DNA from: Meiothermus sp.
Lineage (GTDB): Bacteria; Deinococcota; Deinococci; Deinococcales; Thermaceae
DNA: 64,000 nt
Direction of reading: 5' to 3'
Assembly (NCBI GenBank): GCA_033762915.1
Contig: JANRLD010000047.1
Coordinates: forward strand, 1 to 64,000
Each line of letters opens with the position of its first letter. The stretch's first letter is position 1. Made by a program: the position numbers and the translations under genes. A model generated the notes under the pieces. It saw only the letters and a program-made list of their open reading frames with translations, did no database searches and was not told where the DNA came from. Below, piece by piece: positions 29,909-40,195 of this stretch.

Positions 29909-30340
29909 ATGGCTGACCGTATCGTAGGCGCACTGATTTTGATGCTGGCCATCGGGTATGCGGTGGTGGGTAGCCGCATGGTGGGGGGCTTCCTCTCCGA
30001 CCCGCTGGGGCCGCGGCCCTTCCCCTATCTGATCGCCACCCTCATGGGCCTGTCGGCGCTCTGGTTGCTGGCACGACCCGACCCCAACCCCTCCTGGCCC
30101 AAGAAGGAATTCTGGCTGTCCTTTGGTCTGGTGCTCGTGAGCCTAGTGGCCTACGCCTACCTGATCGTTCCGCTGGGCTTCATCATCACCACCACCCTCG
30201 AGATGACCCTGCTCTCGGTCCTCTTCGGCGCGCGCTGGTGGCAGGGGCTGGGCGGCGGGCTGGCTTTCACGCTTTCGATCTATTTCCTCTTCACCCAGGG
30301 GTTGGGCGTGACCCTGCCCACCGGGCGCATCTTCGGGTGA
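29909..30340 (+). CDS. tctB: Tripartite tricarboxylate transporter small membrane subunit
   Basis: DPLGPRPFP, 4 TM segments, operon position. Confidence 0.88.
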   Translation: MADRIVGALILMLAIGYAVVGSRMVGGFLSDPLGPRPFPYLIATLMGLSALWLLARPDPNPSWPKKEFWLSFGLVLVSLVAYAYLIVPLGFIITTTLEMTLLSVLFGARWWQGLGGGLAFTLSIYFLFTQGLGVTLPTGRIFG

Positions 30341-30344
30341 ACGC

Positions 30345-31877
30345 ATGGATATCCTTCAAGCTCTGCTTAACGGTTTCGGGGTGGCGTTCCAGCCGCTCAA
30401 CCTGCTGCTGGTGGCCCTGGGCTGCCTGGTCGGCACCCTCATCGGCGTGCTGCCCGGTATCGGCCCCATCAGCGGCGTCGCGCTGCTGGTGCCCCTGACC
30501 TTCGCGCTTAAGATGCCCCCCGAGTCGGCCCTGATCCTGCTGGCGGGCATCTACTACGGGGCCATGTACGGCGGCTCCACCACCAGCATTCTGCTCAACA
30601 TCCCCGGCGAGACCTCCTCAGTGGTGACGGCCATCGACGGCAACAAGATGGCCAAGTCTGGGCGGGCCGGGCCGGCCCTGGCGATTGCGGCCTGGGGCTC
30701 CTTCATCGCCGGGACGCTGTCGGTGGTGGGGCTGATGACCCTGGGGCCGCTGCTGGCCCAGTGGGCCATCCGCTTTGGGCCAGCGGAATACTTCGCCCTG
30801 ATGGTTTTCGGCTTCTCGACCCTCTCGGCCCTGGCGGGCCGCAACATGTTCAAGGCCCTGATCGCCACCGCCTTCGGGCTGATGCTGGCCACGGTAGGGC
30901 AGGACCCGCAGTCCGGGATCTCGCGCTACACCTTCGGGCTGCTGCAGCTCGAGGACGGCATGGACTTCCTGATCGTGGCCATCGGGCTGTTCGCGGTCAG
31001 CGAGGTGCTGATGATCCTCGAGGACAAGGCTCCCGGAGCCATCCGCGCCCAGGTGGGGCGTATTTACATTAGCTTCAAGGACTTTACCACCTCCATCACC
31101 ACCATCATCCGCAGCAGTGTGTTGGGCTTCCTGATCGGGGTGCTGCCCGGGGCCGGGGCCAGCATCGCGGCCTTCGTGGCCTACACCACCGAGAAGCGCA
31201 TCCTGGGCGCGAAGGGCCGCTTCGGCGAAGGCGACATTCGGGGGGTGGCGGCCCCCGAGTCGGCCAACAACGCAGCGGCCGGCGGGGCTTTGATTCCCCT
31301 GCTCACGCTGGGCCTGCCCGGCAGCGGCACCACCGCCATCATGCTGGGTGCCCTGGTGAGCCTGGGCGTGACGCCGGGGCCGCAGATGTTCGAGCAGCAC
31401 CCCAACGTGGTCTGGGGCCTGATCGCCTCGATGTACGTGGGCAACCTGATCCTGCTGCTCTTGAACCTGCCGCTGGTGGGCCTGTTCGTGCGGCTGCTCC
31501 AGGTGCCCTCCTGGTTCCTGATTCCAGCCGTACTGGCAATCAGCTTCATCGGGGTCTATGCGGTCAACAACAACCCCTTCGACCTGCTACTAATGGCCAT
31601 CTTCGGCATGCTGGGCTACCTGATGCGCAAATTCGACTTCCCCCTGGCCCCGGTACTGCTGGGCCTGGTGCTGGGCTACCTGATGGAGATCAACCTCCGC
31701 CGCGCCCTCACCCTGAGCAACGGGAATCCCTCGGGCCTATTCGTCAACCCCATCAGCGGCGAGGTGAGCATCATCGCCGTATCGCTGTGGGTGCTGGCCG
31801 CGCTCTCGCTGTTCGCCCCGGCAATTCTGGCCCGATTCAGGAAGCAGGGTTTGGGCAGCGGTGATGAAGAGATGTAG
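30345..31877 (+). CDS. tctA: Tripartite tricarboxylate transporter large membrane subunit
   Basis: GVLPGIG, YYGAMYGGS, PESANNA, GVTPGP. Confidence 0.94.
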   Translation: MDILQALLNGFGVAFQPLNLLLVALGCLVGTLIGVLPGIGPISGVALLVPLTFALKMPPESALILLAGIYYGAMYGGSTTSILLNIPGETSSVVTAIDGNKMAKSGRAGPALAIAAWGSFIAGTLSVVGLMTLGPLLAQWAIRFGPAEYFALMVFGFSTLSALAGRNMFKALIATAFGLMLATVGQDPQSGISRYTFGLLQLEDGMDFLIVAIGLFAVSEVLMILEDKAPGAIRAQVGRIYISFKDFTTSITTIIRSSVLGFLIGVLPGAGASIAAFVAYTTEKRILGAKGRFGEGDIRGVAAPESANNAAAGGALIPLLTLGLPGSGTTAIMLGALVSLGVTPGPQMFEQHPNVVWGLIASMYVGNLILLLLNLPLVGLFVRLLQVPSWFLIPAVLAISFIGVYAVNNNPFDLLLMAIFGMLGYLMRKFDFPLAPVLLGLVLGYLMEINLRRALTLSNGNPSGLFVNPISGEVSIIAVSLWVLAALSLFAPAILARFRKQGLGSGDEEM

Positions 31878-32185
31878 CGTCTGTCGAGGATCGAGAGCCA
31901 AAAGCGAACTCGCGAACAGCAAACCCCACGCGGGCTGAAGAGCATGTTGTGGTCTGGCGGTCTGTGACTTTTGCCCATCTTGCTCGTGGGGGTGAGGGAG
32001 GTGTTGGAGGGGGAAAGGGGGGCGGGGGGCGAACCCTGCCCCCTTACCCCCTCCAACTGGTGTGAAGGCACCCGAAACGCAATCACTAGCCTCACGTTCG
32101 TCGGCAACAGGTTTCCCCTGACCCGAATCTTTCTGGTGAGAGGGCCGCCACAAGGGACGCCCCTTCGAAAGAGGTAAGGGGTTAC

Positions 32186-32220
32186 AAAGAAAGGGCGGGG
32201 GCTCTCGCGAGCCCCCGCCC
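32186..32220 (-). terminator. Rho-independent terminator of the helicase gene
   Basis: 12-bp stem GGGCGGGGGCTC/GAGCCCCCGCCC plus a T-run on the minus strand. Confidence 0.85.
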
Positions 32221-32234
32221 CAAAAACCATTTGT

Positions 32235-34052
32235 TTAGCGGAACACCACGCGCCGACGCTCGCCGCTGGGGCGGTCTTCGCTACGCTGCTCACGGCGCTC
32301 GCCCTGGAGACCGCCGCTGCGGCTGCCGCCTTGGCCGCCTTGGCCACCCTGGCGCTCGCGGAAGCTGTTCTGACCGCCTTGGCCTTGGCTCGAGCCGCCC
32401 TGGCGCTCTCCCCGGAAGCCGCCCTGACCGCCACCCTGACCGCCGCCCTGGCGGCTGCCGTACGGGCGCCCGCCCTGGCCCTGCGAGCGGTTACCCCTGA
32501 AGCCGCCCTGGCCACGGCCCTGACTGCCGTCGCCCTGGGCCGAGGCAGGGATCTCCACGGCCTTCATCAGCTTGAGGTCGCGCAGGGTGGAGTGGTCGAG
32601 CTTGGGGTAGTCCTCGGCGCGGATGTCGGCGTAGGCGGTGGCCTCGCCGTCGAGGCGGATGCGCCCGACCTCGCTGGCCCCGGCCCCGCGCAACACCGCC
32701 ATCACCCGGTTGACGGCCAGGCGGCTGCCCCACAGCTTGACGGTCAGCCAGCCCTCCTCGCCGGTGATGAGGCTCTTGACGGCGGGAGCGCCACCCAGAA
32801 TCATCGCCAGCAAGCCCGCCACCGCGTCGGCGCCACCCTCGGCAACCAGCCGCTCGGCCTGCTCGATCCAGACCGCTTTGTCGGCCTGGGACTGCTTGGC
32901 GATACGCCGGGCCAGCACCGCCCACTTGGCCTCAACCACCTCTTCCGGGGTGGGGCCGTTAATGCGCTTGAAGCTGCGCTTCACCTCGCGCTCGAGCTGC
33001 TCCAACTCACGGCGCTCTCTGGGGCCGTAGAGGATCACCACCTTGCCGCTGCGCCCGGCCCGGCCCGTGCGGCCCGAGCGGTGCAGGTACGACTCGTTCT
33101 GGTCGGGCAAACGGTAGTGAACCACCAGGTCTACTTCAGGGATGTCAATGCCGCGTGCGGCCACGTCGGTGGCCACCAGTACGCTGATGCTGCCGCTGCG
33201 GAAGCGCTCCATCACCCGCTCGCGATCGATCTGGCCCATGTCGCCGTGAATGGGGGCCGCGCCGTGGCCCTTGCCCTCGAGGCCCATGGCCAGGTCGTTA
33301 CACTCGGCCTTGGTGGAGGTGAACACGATGGTGCGCTCGGGGGCGTAGGCGTAGAGCAGGTCAGAGAGCATCGGCAGGCGGCTCTGCACGGGGGTCTGGA
33401 CAGCCAGTTCCTCGTAGGAGATGGCCTCATCCTTCATCACATTAACCAGCACCGCCTCGCGCTGGTAGCGCTCGGAGAGCTTCCGCGCCCAGTTGGGCAC
33501 GGTGGCCGAGAAGAGCATGGTCTGGCGGCCAGCGGGGGTGGACTCCAGGAGTTGCTCCACGGCCTCCTCGAAGCCAATCGAGAGCATCTCGTCGGCCTCG
33601 TCGAGCACGGCGATCTCGACCCTGGAGAGGTCCAAGACACGCTGCTCCATGTAGTCAATGGCGCGGCCGGGGGTGGCGACCACCACGTCGGTGCCGCGCT
33701 TGAGGGCCTCGGCCTGACGCCCGTAACCGGTGCCGCCGTAGATGGGGGTGATCACCAGATGGGGGGCCAGCCACTCGAGTTCCTTGGCCACCTGCAAGGC
33801 CAGCTCGCGGGTGGGGGTGAGAATGAAGGCGCGGGGGGTGCGGCCCCGGGTGCGGTCGGCGTCGAGCTTGTTGGCCACCGGCACCCCGAAGGCCAGGGTC
33901 TTGCCGGTGCCGGTGCGGGCCTGGCCCAGCACGTCCTTGCCCTCGAGGGCCAGGGGGATGGCGTTGGCCTGGATGGGGGTGGGGGTGGCAAAGCCTTTGG
34001 TCTGGATGGCCTGAGCAACCTCAGACCGCAACGTAAGATCGGAAAATTCCAT
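32235..34052 (-). CDS. DEAD-box RNA helicase (Hera-like) with a G/Q/R-rich tail
   Basis: Q motif, ARTGTGKT, PTRELA, DEADEM, SAT, HRSGRTGRAG. Confidence 0.95.
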   Translation of the reverse strand: MEFSDLTLRSEVAQAIQTKGFATPTPIQANAIPLALEGKDVLGQARTGTGKTLAFGVPVANKLDADRTRGRTPRAFILTPTRELALQVAKELEWLAPHLVITPIYGGTGYGRQAEALKRGTDVVVATPGRAIDYMEQRVLDLSRVEIAVLDEADEMLSIGFEEAVEQLLESTPAGRQTMLFSATVPNWARKLSERYQREAVLVNVMKDEAISYEELAVQTPVQSRLPMLSDLLYAYAPERTIVFTSTKAECNDLAMGLEGKGHGAAPIHGDMGQIDRERVMERFRSGSISVLVATDVAARGIDIPEVDLVVHYRLPDQNESYLHRSGRTGRAGRSGKVVILYGPRERRELEQLEREVKRSFKRINGPTPEEVVEAKWAVLARRIAKQSQADKAVWIEQAERLVAEGGADAVAGLLAMILGGAPAVKSLITGEEGWLTVKLWGSRLAVNRVMAVLRGAGASEVGRIRLDGEATAYADIRAEDYPKLDHSTLRDLKLMKAVEIPASAQGDGSQGRGQGGFRGNRSQGQGGRPYGSRQGGGQGGGQGGFRGERQGGSSQGQGGQNSFRERQGGQGGQGGSRSGGLQGERREQRSEDRPSGERRRVVFR

Positions 34053-34421
34053 GACTAAGCGTCCTTTTTGGGGTGCGTGGGCTAACAGCCACTGTGGGCG
34101 GAAGCGCTATGCGCCAGCTAACCCTATCGGGTTCGAGCCGCTCATCCCAGAAAGAACACCATTGTCCCAACTTTTGCCTGGAGGAGGATGTACGGCTTTT
34201 GTGAACCATGCGCCGGACTGCACCCTGCGGTGTCGGATGGCGCAACCCTAGCAGTGTGGGGGATAGTGAAAGTTTTGTCAAGGGGATTGTTAATATGCAT
34301 ATTGACAATGCATGCCGACTGGCGGTGGCGATCGTCCCGCCTCGGCCAGCGCAGCGACGAGAAAAACCTCCTCAAACGGGGCGCTCGAGGCCAAAACCGA
34401 AACAGACAGAAGGCCCGGCCC

Positions 34422-34991
34422 TTACCCGTTGTGGTAGGCCTCCCACTCGTCCTTAGCGATCTCCATCGGGACGAACTCGGGCCGGGGGGCCAGGCCGAAG
34501 TTGAAGCGGGGCGGGGGGTTGGGGTTGGCAACGAGGCGGAAGCCGGACTTCTCGAAGGCGCGCTGGGCGCGGACGTTGTGCTTGTAGGTGCGGAGCTTGA
34601 CCTTGCGCAGACCCATCTTGGTAAAGCCATACTGGAGCACCGCCCGCACCGCGTCGGTGCCGTAGCCCTTGCCCCACCTCGCCTTGGCCCCGATCAGGAT
34701 GCCCAGGGTGGCCTCGTTGCGGCTCAGCTCGTACAGTTCGACCGTACCCAGCCACTCTCCGCACTCGTCCAGAATCCCGAAACCCAGCCGGTCGCCCCGG
34801 CTGACCTCGCCCATCACCACCCGCTTGAACAGCCACAGCGGCATCTTGAGCGGGCGACTGCCGTTCCACTCGGCGATCTCGGGGTCGCGGAAGCAGTCGT
34901 AGAAGCGCCGCCACTCCTCGTCGGTGAGGGTCTCGGTGAAGGGCTTGAGCGTTACCTTGCCCACCTTGGGCCAGGTGTCAGAGAGCAGCAC
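34422..34991 (-). CDS. GNAT (RimJ/RimL-like) acetyltransferase
   Basis: LGILIG..RWGKGYGTDA, NVRAQRAFEKSGF. Confidence 0.88.
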   Translation of the reverse strand: MLLSDTWPKVGKVTLKPFTETLTDEEWRRFYDCFRDPEIAEWNGSRPLKMPLWLFKRVVMGEVSRGDRLGFGILDECGEWLGTVELYELSRNEATLGILIGAKARWGKGYGTDAVRAVLQYGFTKMGLRKVKLRTYKHNVRAQRAFEKSGFRLVANPNPPPRFNFGLAPRPEFVPMEIAKDEWEAYHNG

Positions 34992-35166
34992 GGTACTAGT
35001 CTAGCAAAAGGCGGGCAGGGGCAGCGGGAGAGGTTAGAGGCGAAAGAGCGCAGCGAATCCCGCCGCTCTGGGGGCGCCTTGAAACCAGGCCTTCTCCCCC
35101 TCCTCCCCCTCTCCCATCTGTCCCCCGACACCTATTCCCCTGACCCAACGCCCTACAATAGACGCT

Positions 35167-36390
35167 ATGAAAGTGACGCGACGCAAGACGCCCACGGTCT
35201 GGGTGGGCAAGGTTCCCAAGGGCGGCGACCACCCGGTGGTGGTGCAGTCCATGACCAACACCGACACCGCCGACATCGAGGCCACGGTGGGGCAGGTCTG
35301 GGCGCTGGCCAGGGCGGGCTCGGAAGTCGTCCGCATGACCGTTAACAACGACGCGGCCGCCCAGGCCGTGCCGGAGATTAAGCGCCGCCTGGCCGACCTG
35401 GGCACGGACGTTCCCCTGGTGGGCGACTTTCACTTCAACGGGCACATACTGCTGCGGAAGTACCCCGAGATGGCGCTGGCACTGGACAAGTACCGCATCA
35501 ACCCCGGCACGGTGGGCAAGGGCAAGCAGCAAGATCCCAACTTCAAAACCATGTGTGAGGTGGCGGTAGAGTTCGGCAAGCCGGTGCGCATCGGGGTGAA
35601 CTGGGGCTCACTGGACGCCGGGCTTCTGGACGAGATGATGGACGCCAACGCGACCAGCCCGAACCCCAAGGAGGCCCATCAGGTGACCCTCGAGACCATC
35701 GTGGAGTCCGCCGTGCGAAGCTACGACTGGGCGCTCAGGTACGGCCTCACCGAGGACAAGATCATCCTCTCGGCCAAGATTTCCAACGCGCCGGACTTGT
35801 GGTGGGTCTACCGCGAGCTGGCCCAGCGCACCCCTGCCGTGCTGCACCTGGGACTAACCGAGGCGGGCATGGGGGTCAGCGGCATCGTGACCAGCACCGC
35901 GGGCCTGACCCCGCTGCTCACCGAGGGCATCGGCGACACCATCCGGGTCTCGATCACCCCGGCCCCCGGCGAGCCGCGCACCAAGGAGGTCGAGGTCGCG
36001 CTGGAAATCCTCCAGGCCCTGGGCATCCGCCAATTCGCCCCCAGCGTGGCGAGCTGCCCCGGCTGCGGGCGCACCACCAGCACCTTTTTTCAGGAGCTGG
36101 CCCTCGAGGTCTCCACCAAGCTGAGCCAGAACATGCCGGTCTGGCGCGACCAGTTTCCCGGCGTGGAGAACCTCAAGGTGGCGGTGATGGGCTGCGTGGT
36201 CAACGGCCCTGGCGAGTCCAAGCACGCCAACATCGGTATTTCCCTGCCCGGAACCGGCGAACACCCCCGCGCCCCGGTCTACGTCGACGGCCAGCTCGCC
36301 ACCACCCTCCAGGGCGACCGCATCGCCGAGGAGTTTATGGAGATGATCCACGGGTACATCGAGCGGAAGTACGGGAAGGCGGCAGTCTAA
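35167..36390 (+). CDS. ispG: 4-hydroxy-3-methylbut-2-en-1-yl diphosphate synthase
   Basis: [50 protein letters not shown]. Confidence 0.97.
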   Translation: MKVTRRKTPTVWVGKVPKGGDHPVVVQSMTNTDTADIEATVGQVWALARAGSEVVRMTVNNDAAAQAVPEIKRRLADLGTDVPLVGDFHFNGHILLRKYPEMALALDKYRINPGTVGKGKQQDPNFKTMCEVAVEFGKPVRIGVNWGSLDAGLLDEMMDANATSPNPKEAHQVTLETIVESAVRSYDWALRYGLTEDKIILSAKISNAPDLWWVYRELAQRTPAVLHLGLTEAGMGVSGIVTSTAGLTPLLTEGIGDTIRVSITPAPGEPRTKEVEVALEILQALGIRQFAPSVASCPGCGRTTSTFFQELALEVSTKLSQNMPVWRDQFPGVENLKVAVMGCVVNGPGESKHANIGISLPGTGEHPRAPVYVDGQLATTLQGDRIAEEFMEMIHGYIERKYGKAAV

Positions 36391-36510
36391 GTTGCGCCAT
36401 AGTGATTTTGCGAAACCCTCCACGCGACAGGGGCAGTGAGTGGCTTACAGGCGCAATGCCCCAACGGGCTGCCGGGCGGCATTTCGCGTCCCAGCTATGG
36501 AGACACTTAG
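36387..36510 (+). repeat. Short-form copy of the dispersed repeat, overlapping the ispG stop codon
   Basis: CTAAGTTGCGCCA...GGCGCAAT...GGGCGGCATTTCGCG...CTATGGAGACACTTAG. Confidence 0.8.
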
Positions 36511-36814
36511 AGGACGGGTGGGAGTGGAGGGCGGAGGGAAACGCAAAGGGGCAAGGCCGTCCGCCTCACCAAAACCGTCGCCGTTCTGAGCGGGGCGTCT
36601 CCACCACCGCGACCACCTCAAGGCCCGGTCGGCAGAATCCCCTTAGGACGAGCTTGCGTCATGGTGGCACGGATATCAGAGATCTACAAACCCTGACTCG
36701 AGACTCTCCGACGCACGGCCGCCCGTCCTCACGGATTGCACCCGGACTTCCCCTGGCTCCTTTCTCCTTTTTTGACTTCCCCCTCTGCTTTCCCAATCAA
36801 GTAAAGTCTTACGC

Positions 36815-37864
36815 ATGGACTTCCAGAAACTGCTCGAGGCCCACAACCTGGACGTGCTGTTCGTGTCCAAACCCGAGAACGTGCGCTACCTTTCGGGGTT
36901 CGTGGAGGGCAAGGACGGCAAGGTGGTGCTCACCCCCGAGGGGGCGTTCTTCATCACCGACGGGCGCTACATCGTGGAGGCGGGGCAGCAGCGCTTCCCC
37001 CACCGCATCCTGCTCAGGCGCTCGGAGATGAACAGCCTGCTTAAGGAGTTCTTTCGGGGAAGGGTCGGCGTCGAGGCCGAGCACCTCAGCGTGGCGACCC
37101 TCGAGGGCTTCCGCAAGGATTTCCCCGACCTGGAGTTCGTCTCCACCACCGGCCTGATTGAGGCCCACCGGATGGTCAAGACCGCCGAGGAGGCCGCCCA
37201 CATCCGCCGGGCCGCCGAGATCACCGACGCCGGGTTCCGGCACATCTTGCCTTTCATCCAGCCGGGTGCACGGGAGGTGGACATCGCCCTCGAGCTGGAG
37301 TTCTTCTGCCGCCGCAACGGCTCCGAGGGGATGGCCTTCGGGATCACCGTGGCCTCGGGGGTGCGGGGGGCGCAACCGCACGGCGGGGCCACCGAGAAGT
37401 CGATCGAGGCGGGCGAGTTGGTCACGCTGGACTTCGGCTGCGCGGTGGGGGGCTACTGCTCGGACATGACCCGCACGGTGGGGGTGGGGGATGTCTCCGA
37501 CAAGCTGCGCGACCTCTACGAGGCGGTGCTGGAGGCCCAGGTGAGGGCACTCGAGGCCGTCGCGCCGGGGAAATCTGGGAAGGACCTGGACACCATCGCT
37601 CGAGACGTCCTGACCGCCAGGGGCTACGGCGACCACTTCACCCACTCGCTGGGGCACGGGGTAGGGCTGTTCATTCATGAGGGGCCTTCATTAAGCCAGA
37701 CCTCAGCAGACCTGCTCGAGGCCGGGAACATCGTCACCATCGAGCCAGGCGCCTACATACCGGGGGTCGGGGGCTGCCGGATCGAAGATTTGGCCCTGGT
37801 GAGAAATGGGGGGTATGAGGTATTATCCTCGAGTCCCAAGTCCTTCATTCATCTCCCCGCATAG
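36815..37864 (+). CDS. Xaa-Pro peptidase (M24B family)
   Basis: NVRYLSGF, TDGRY, DFGC..GYCSDMTRT, HSLGHGVG..HE, TIEPG, RIED. Confidence 0.93.
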   Translation: MDFQKLLEAHNLDVLFVSKPENVRYLSGFVEGKDGKVVLTPEGAFFITDGRYIVEAGQQRFPHRILLRRSEMNSLLKEFFRGRVGVEAEHLSVATLEGFRKDFPDLEFVSTTGLIEAHRMVKTAEEAAHIRRAAEITDAGFRHILPFIQPGAREVDIALELEFFCRRNGSEGMAFGITVASGVRGAQPHGGATEKSIEAGELVTLDFGCAVGGYCSDMTRTVGVGDVSDKLRDLYEAVLEAQVRALEAVAPGKSGKDLDTIARDVLTARGYGDHFTHSLGHGVGLFIHEGPSLSQTSADLLEAGNIVTIEPGAYIPGVGGCRIEDLALVRNGGYEVLSSSPKSFIHLPA

Positions 37865-37920
37865 CTCATCATCTTGAGTAAAGGATTGCCTTGTACACCG
37901 GGGACATAGGCGACGAACCG

Positions 37921-38667
37921 ATGAGACCGAAAAACCTGATTGCCCCGCTCTCCTGGAGAACGGCCCTCCCGACGCTGCTGTGCATGTGGGGCCTGGCTTT
38001 CGCGCAGACCACCGACCCCGAGGCGCGGGTCTATACTGTGCAGTTCGGCGACACTCTCGAGTCCATTGCGCTGGAGCAGGGCCTCAGCGTGGAGGAATTG
38101 AGGGCCGCCAACCTGATGGGGGTGGACGAGCCCCTCATCGAGGGCGCCACCTTGATTCTCCCCGCCGACCTCGAGCTGCTGGTGCCGGTGGAGATTCCCT
38201 TGGGTCAGGACATGGGGGTAGCCCTGGAGTTCGTGCCCCTGCCCTGGGCGCCCGCCGCACCAGTGCTCCCTGCCGTCCCGGCCCCTACGCCCCGGCCCGC
38301 TCAGCAGGCCCAGCGCCAGATCCCCCAACCCGCCCAGCCCGCTCGTGTGGTTCCCCCGCCCGCGCTACAGCTGCCGGTCTACCAACTCGGCTGGGCCTCC
38401 TGGTATGGCCCGCGCTTCCATGGGCGGCTGACCGCCAACGGCGAGCGCTTCAACACCTACGCCATGACTGCAGCCCACCGCTACTTGCCCTTCAACACCA
38501 GGGTGGTAGTTACCAACCTGATCAACGGGCGCAACGTCACGGTTCGCATCAACGACCGCGGCCCCTTCATCCGGGGCCGCATCATTGACCTCTCCTTCGC
38601 GGCGGCGCGGCAACTGGGCTTCTACAACTCTGGCATTACGCGCGTGAGCTTGCGGATCATCCGATAG
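37921..38667 (+). CDS. LysM + RlpA-like (DPBB) lytic transglycosylase
   Basis: [13 protein letters not shown], Pro-rich linker, [24 protein letters not shown]. Confidence 0.9.
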   Translation: MRPKNLIAPLSWRTALPTLLCMWGLAFAQTTDPEARVYTVQFGDTLESIALEQGLSVEELRAANLMGVDEPLIEGATLILPADLELLVPVEIPLGQDMGVALEFVPLPWAPAAPVLPAVPAPTPRPAQQAQRQIPQPAQPARVVPPPALQLPVYQLGWASWYGPRFHGRLTANGERFNTYAMTAAHRYLPFNTRVVVTNLINGRNVTVRINDRGPFIRGRIIDLSFAAARQLGFYNSGITRVSLRIIR

Positions 38668-39013
38668 CGGGTGGGGGCCAGGGTCTTTGCGGGGCCGCCG
38701 GATGGAGCAGTCACGCGCCACCGGTGCAAGCACGGGCACCTCGAGACGGTGCTTTGCAACTCAGCCATACAGACCCTGAGGGAGTTGGGGTGAGGGTTCT
38801 GACCTCGAGGTTTGGCCGGGCGTGATTCCCTAAGCACTTCCCACCGGCGCAGCGCTTTGCACTGCCTTCTCATTTCCGCCCTGCCTCTTCCCTCTCTGCA
38901 GCGGATTTCGATCCATGGGCTGCAAAACCATGGGGCTGAAATCCGTTCCCCGCCGCGTTTTCGGAGTACGGTGTGGCGAGAATCAATCTGCCCGCCGCGA
39001 TATGCTGTAGGCC

Positions 39014-39826
39014 ATGCCCGTCCGCTACGGCTTTCACCTCTCCATCTCCGGCAAGCTGGGCATCGAGGGGGCTGCGCTCGAGGCTGAGCTGTTGGGCCTG
39101 ACCGCGCTGCAAATCTTCGCCAAGAGCCCCCGCGCCTGGAAGACCCGCGCCCTCAAGGGAGGCGAGCTCGAGGGCTTCCGCGCACGGCGCGAGAACCTGG
39201 GCGGGCTGCCCGGGGTGATCCACGCCTCGTACCTGGTCAACCTGGCCAGCGCCGATGAGGAGTTATGGGGCAAGTCGGTGTTCAGTCTGGCCGACGACCT
39301 GGCCAAGGCCCAGCAGCTCGGCGTGGAATACGTCTGCGTCCATCCAGGCTCCGGCGAGGGGGGGCGCTGCCTCGAGGGCGCACTGAAGGCCCTCACGCTG
39401 GCCGACGTGGGCAGGAGCGGCCCCCGACTGCTGCTCGAGAACACTGCAGGGGGCGGCGAGAAGCTGGGCAGCCGCCTCGAGACCCTGGCCGCCCTGATCG
39501 CGGGCACGCCGCTAGGCGTCTGCCTCGACACCTGCCACGCCTTCGCGGCGGGCTACCCGGTGGACGAGTTGGTGGACACCGTCGAATCCACCGTCGGCCT
39601 CGCCAACGTCCCGGTGATCCACTTCAACGACTCCGCCGAGGAATTCGGCTCCGAGAAAGACCGCCACGCCAACCTGAGCGAAGGCCACATCGGCGGAGGA
39701 CTGAGGACAGTCTTGCGGGACAGCCGACTCGAAGACAAGCTCTTCATCATGGAGTCCCAGCGTGGCACGCGGGAGGATGCCCACAACCTGCGGACGATAC
39801 GGGAGTGGCTGGGGGGTAAGGCGTAG
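39014..39826 (+). CDS. nfo: Endonuclease IV (AP endonuclease family 2)
   Basis: GFHLS, HASYLVNLAS, HPGS, LENTAG, CLDTCH, DRHANL. Confidence 0.92.
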   Translation: MPVRYGFHLSISGKLGIEGAALEAELLGLTALQIFAKSPRAWKTRALKGGELEGFRARRENLGGLPGVIHASYLVNLASADEELWGKSVFSLADDLAKAQQLGVEYVCVHPGSGEGGRCLEGALKALTLADVGRSGPRLLLENTAGGGEKLGSRLETLAALIAGTPLGVCLDTCHAFAAGYPVDELVDTVESTVGLANVPVIHFNDSAEEFGSEKDRHANLSEGHIGGGLRTVLRDSRLEDKLFIMESQRGTREDAHNLRTIREWLGGKA

Positions 39827-40160
39827 GCCTTGGGGAGCACAAGCCAAGGTCAGAACCGCCCGCGCTGTCGGATTCGGCAAAACCCCGCACGGCCCTGCGC
39901 CTTGTGCGGCCTCCGCTTGATGCGCGCAGCAAACCGATGGCAGGGCTCTCCTCTGACCGTCGCCACGGGAGGGCAAGAGAGGCGGGCGGCTCGCGCCCCT
40001 GACGCGCCCCCTTGGGCCTCGGGTCTGCACCAAACCGCCTGTAAATCCGACCACCGCAGCTATCAGGAGGGGTCAACCGGCCGCAAGGGCAGGAACCCCC
40101 AACCGCCCTCAACGAGCGGGGGTCGCGATTGACCAGCTTTTCCCTCTCACGCGACCCCTA

Positions 40161-40189
40161 TTGCAATCCACTTACGCAAATAACATAAT
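40161..40189 (+). promoter_or_regulatory. ruvB promoter (-35 TTGCAA, -10 CATAAT) containing RDRM-like operator TTACGCAAATAACATAA (40172-40188)
   Basis: 17-bp spacer; the palindrome fits the Deinococcus RDRM consensus; ATG is 6 nt after the -10. Confidence 0.8.
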
Positions 40190-40195
40190 GGTAGG

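Noticed and set aside
32235..32520. Repetitive DNA at the helicase 3' end
   Set aside because: Encodes the ordinary G/Q/R-rich tail of DEAD-box helicases
36511..36800. Long intergenic gaps (also 38760-39000, 39830-40140, 44400-44630) as possible tRNA or ncRNA genes
   Set aside because: No tRNA cloverleaf, T-loop or other recognisable RNA motif seen
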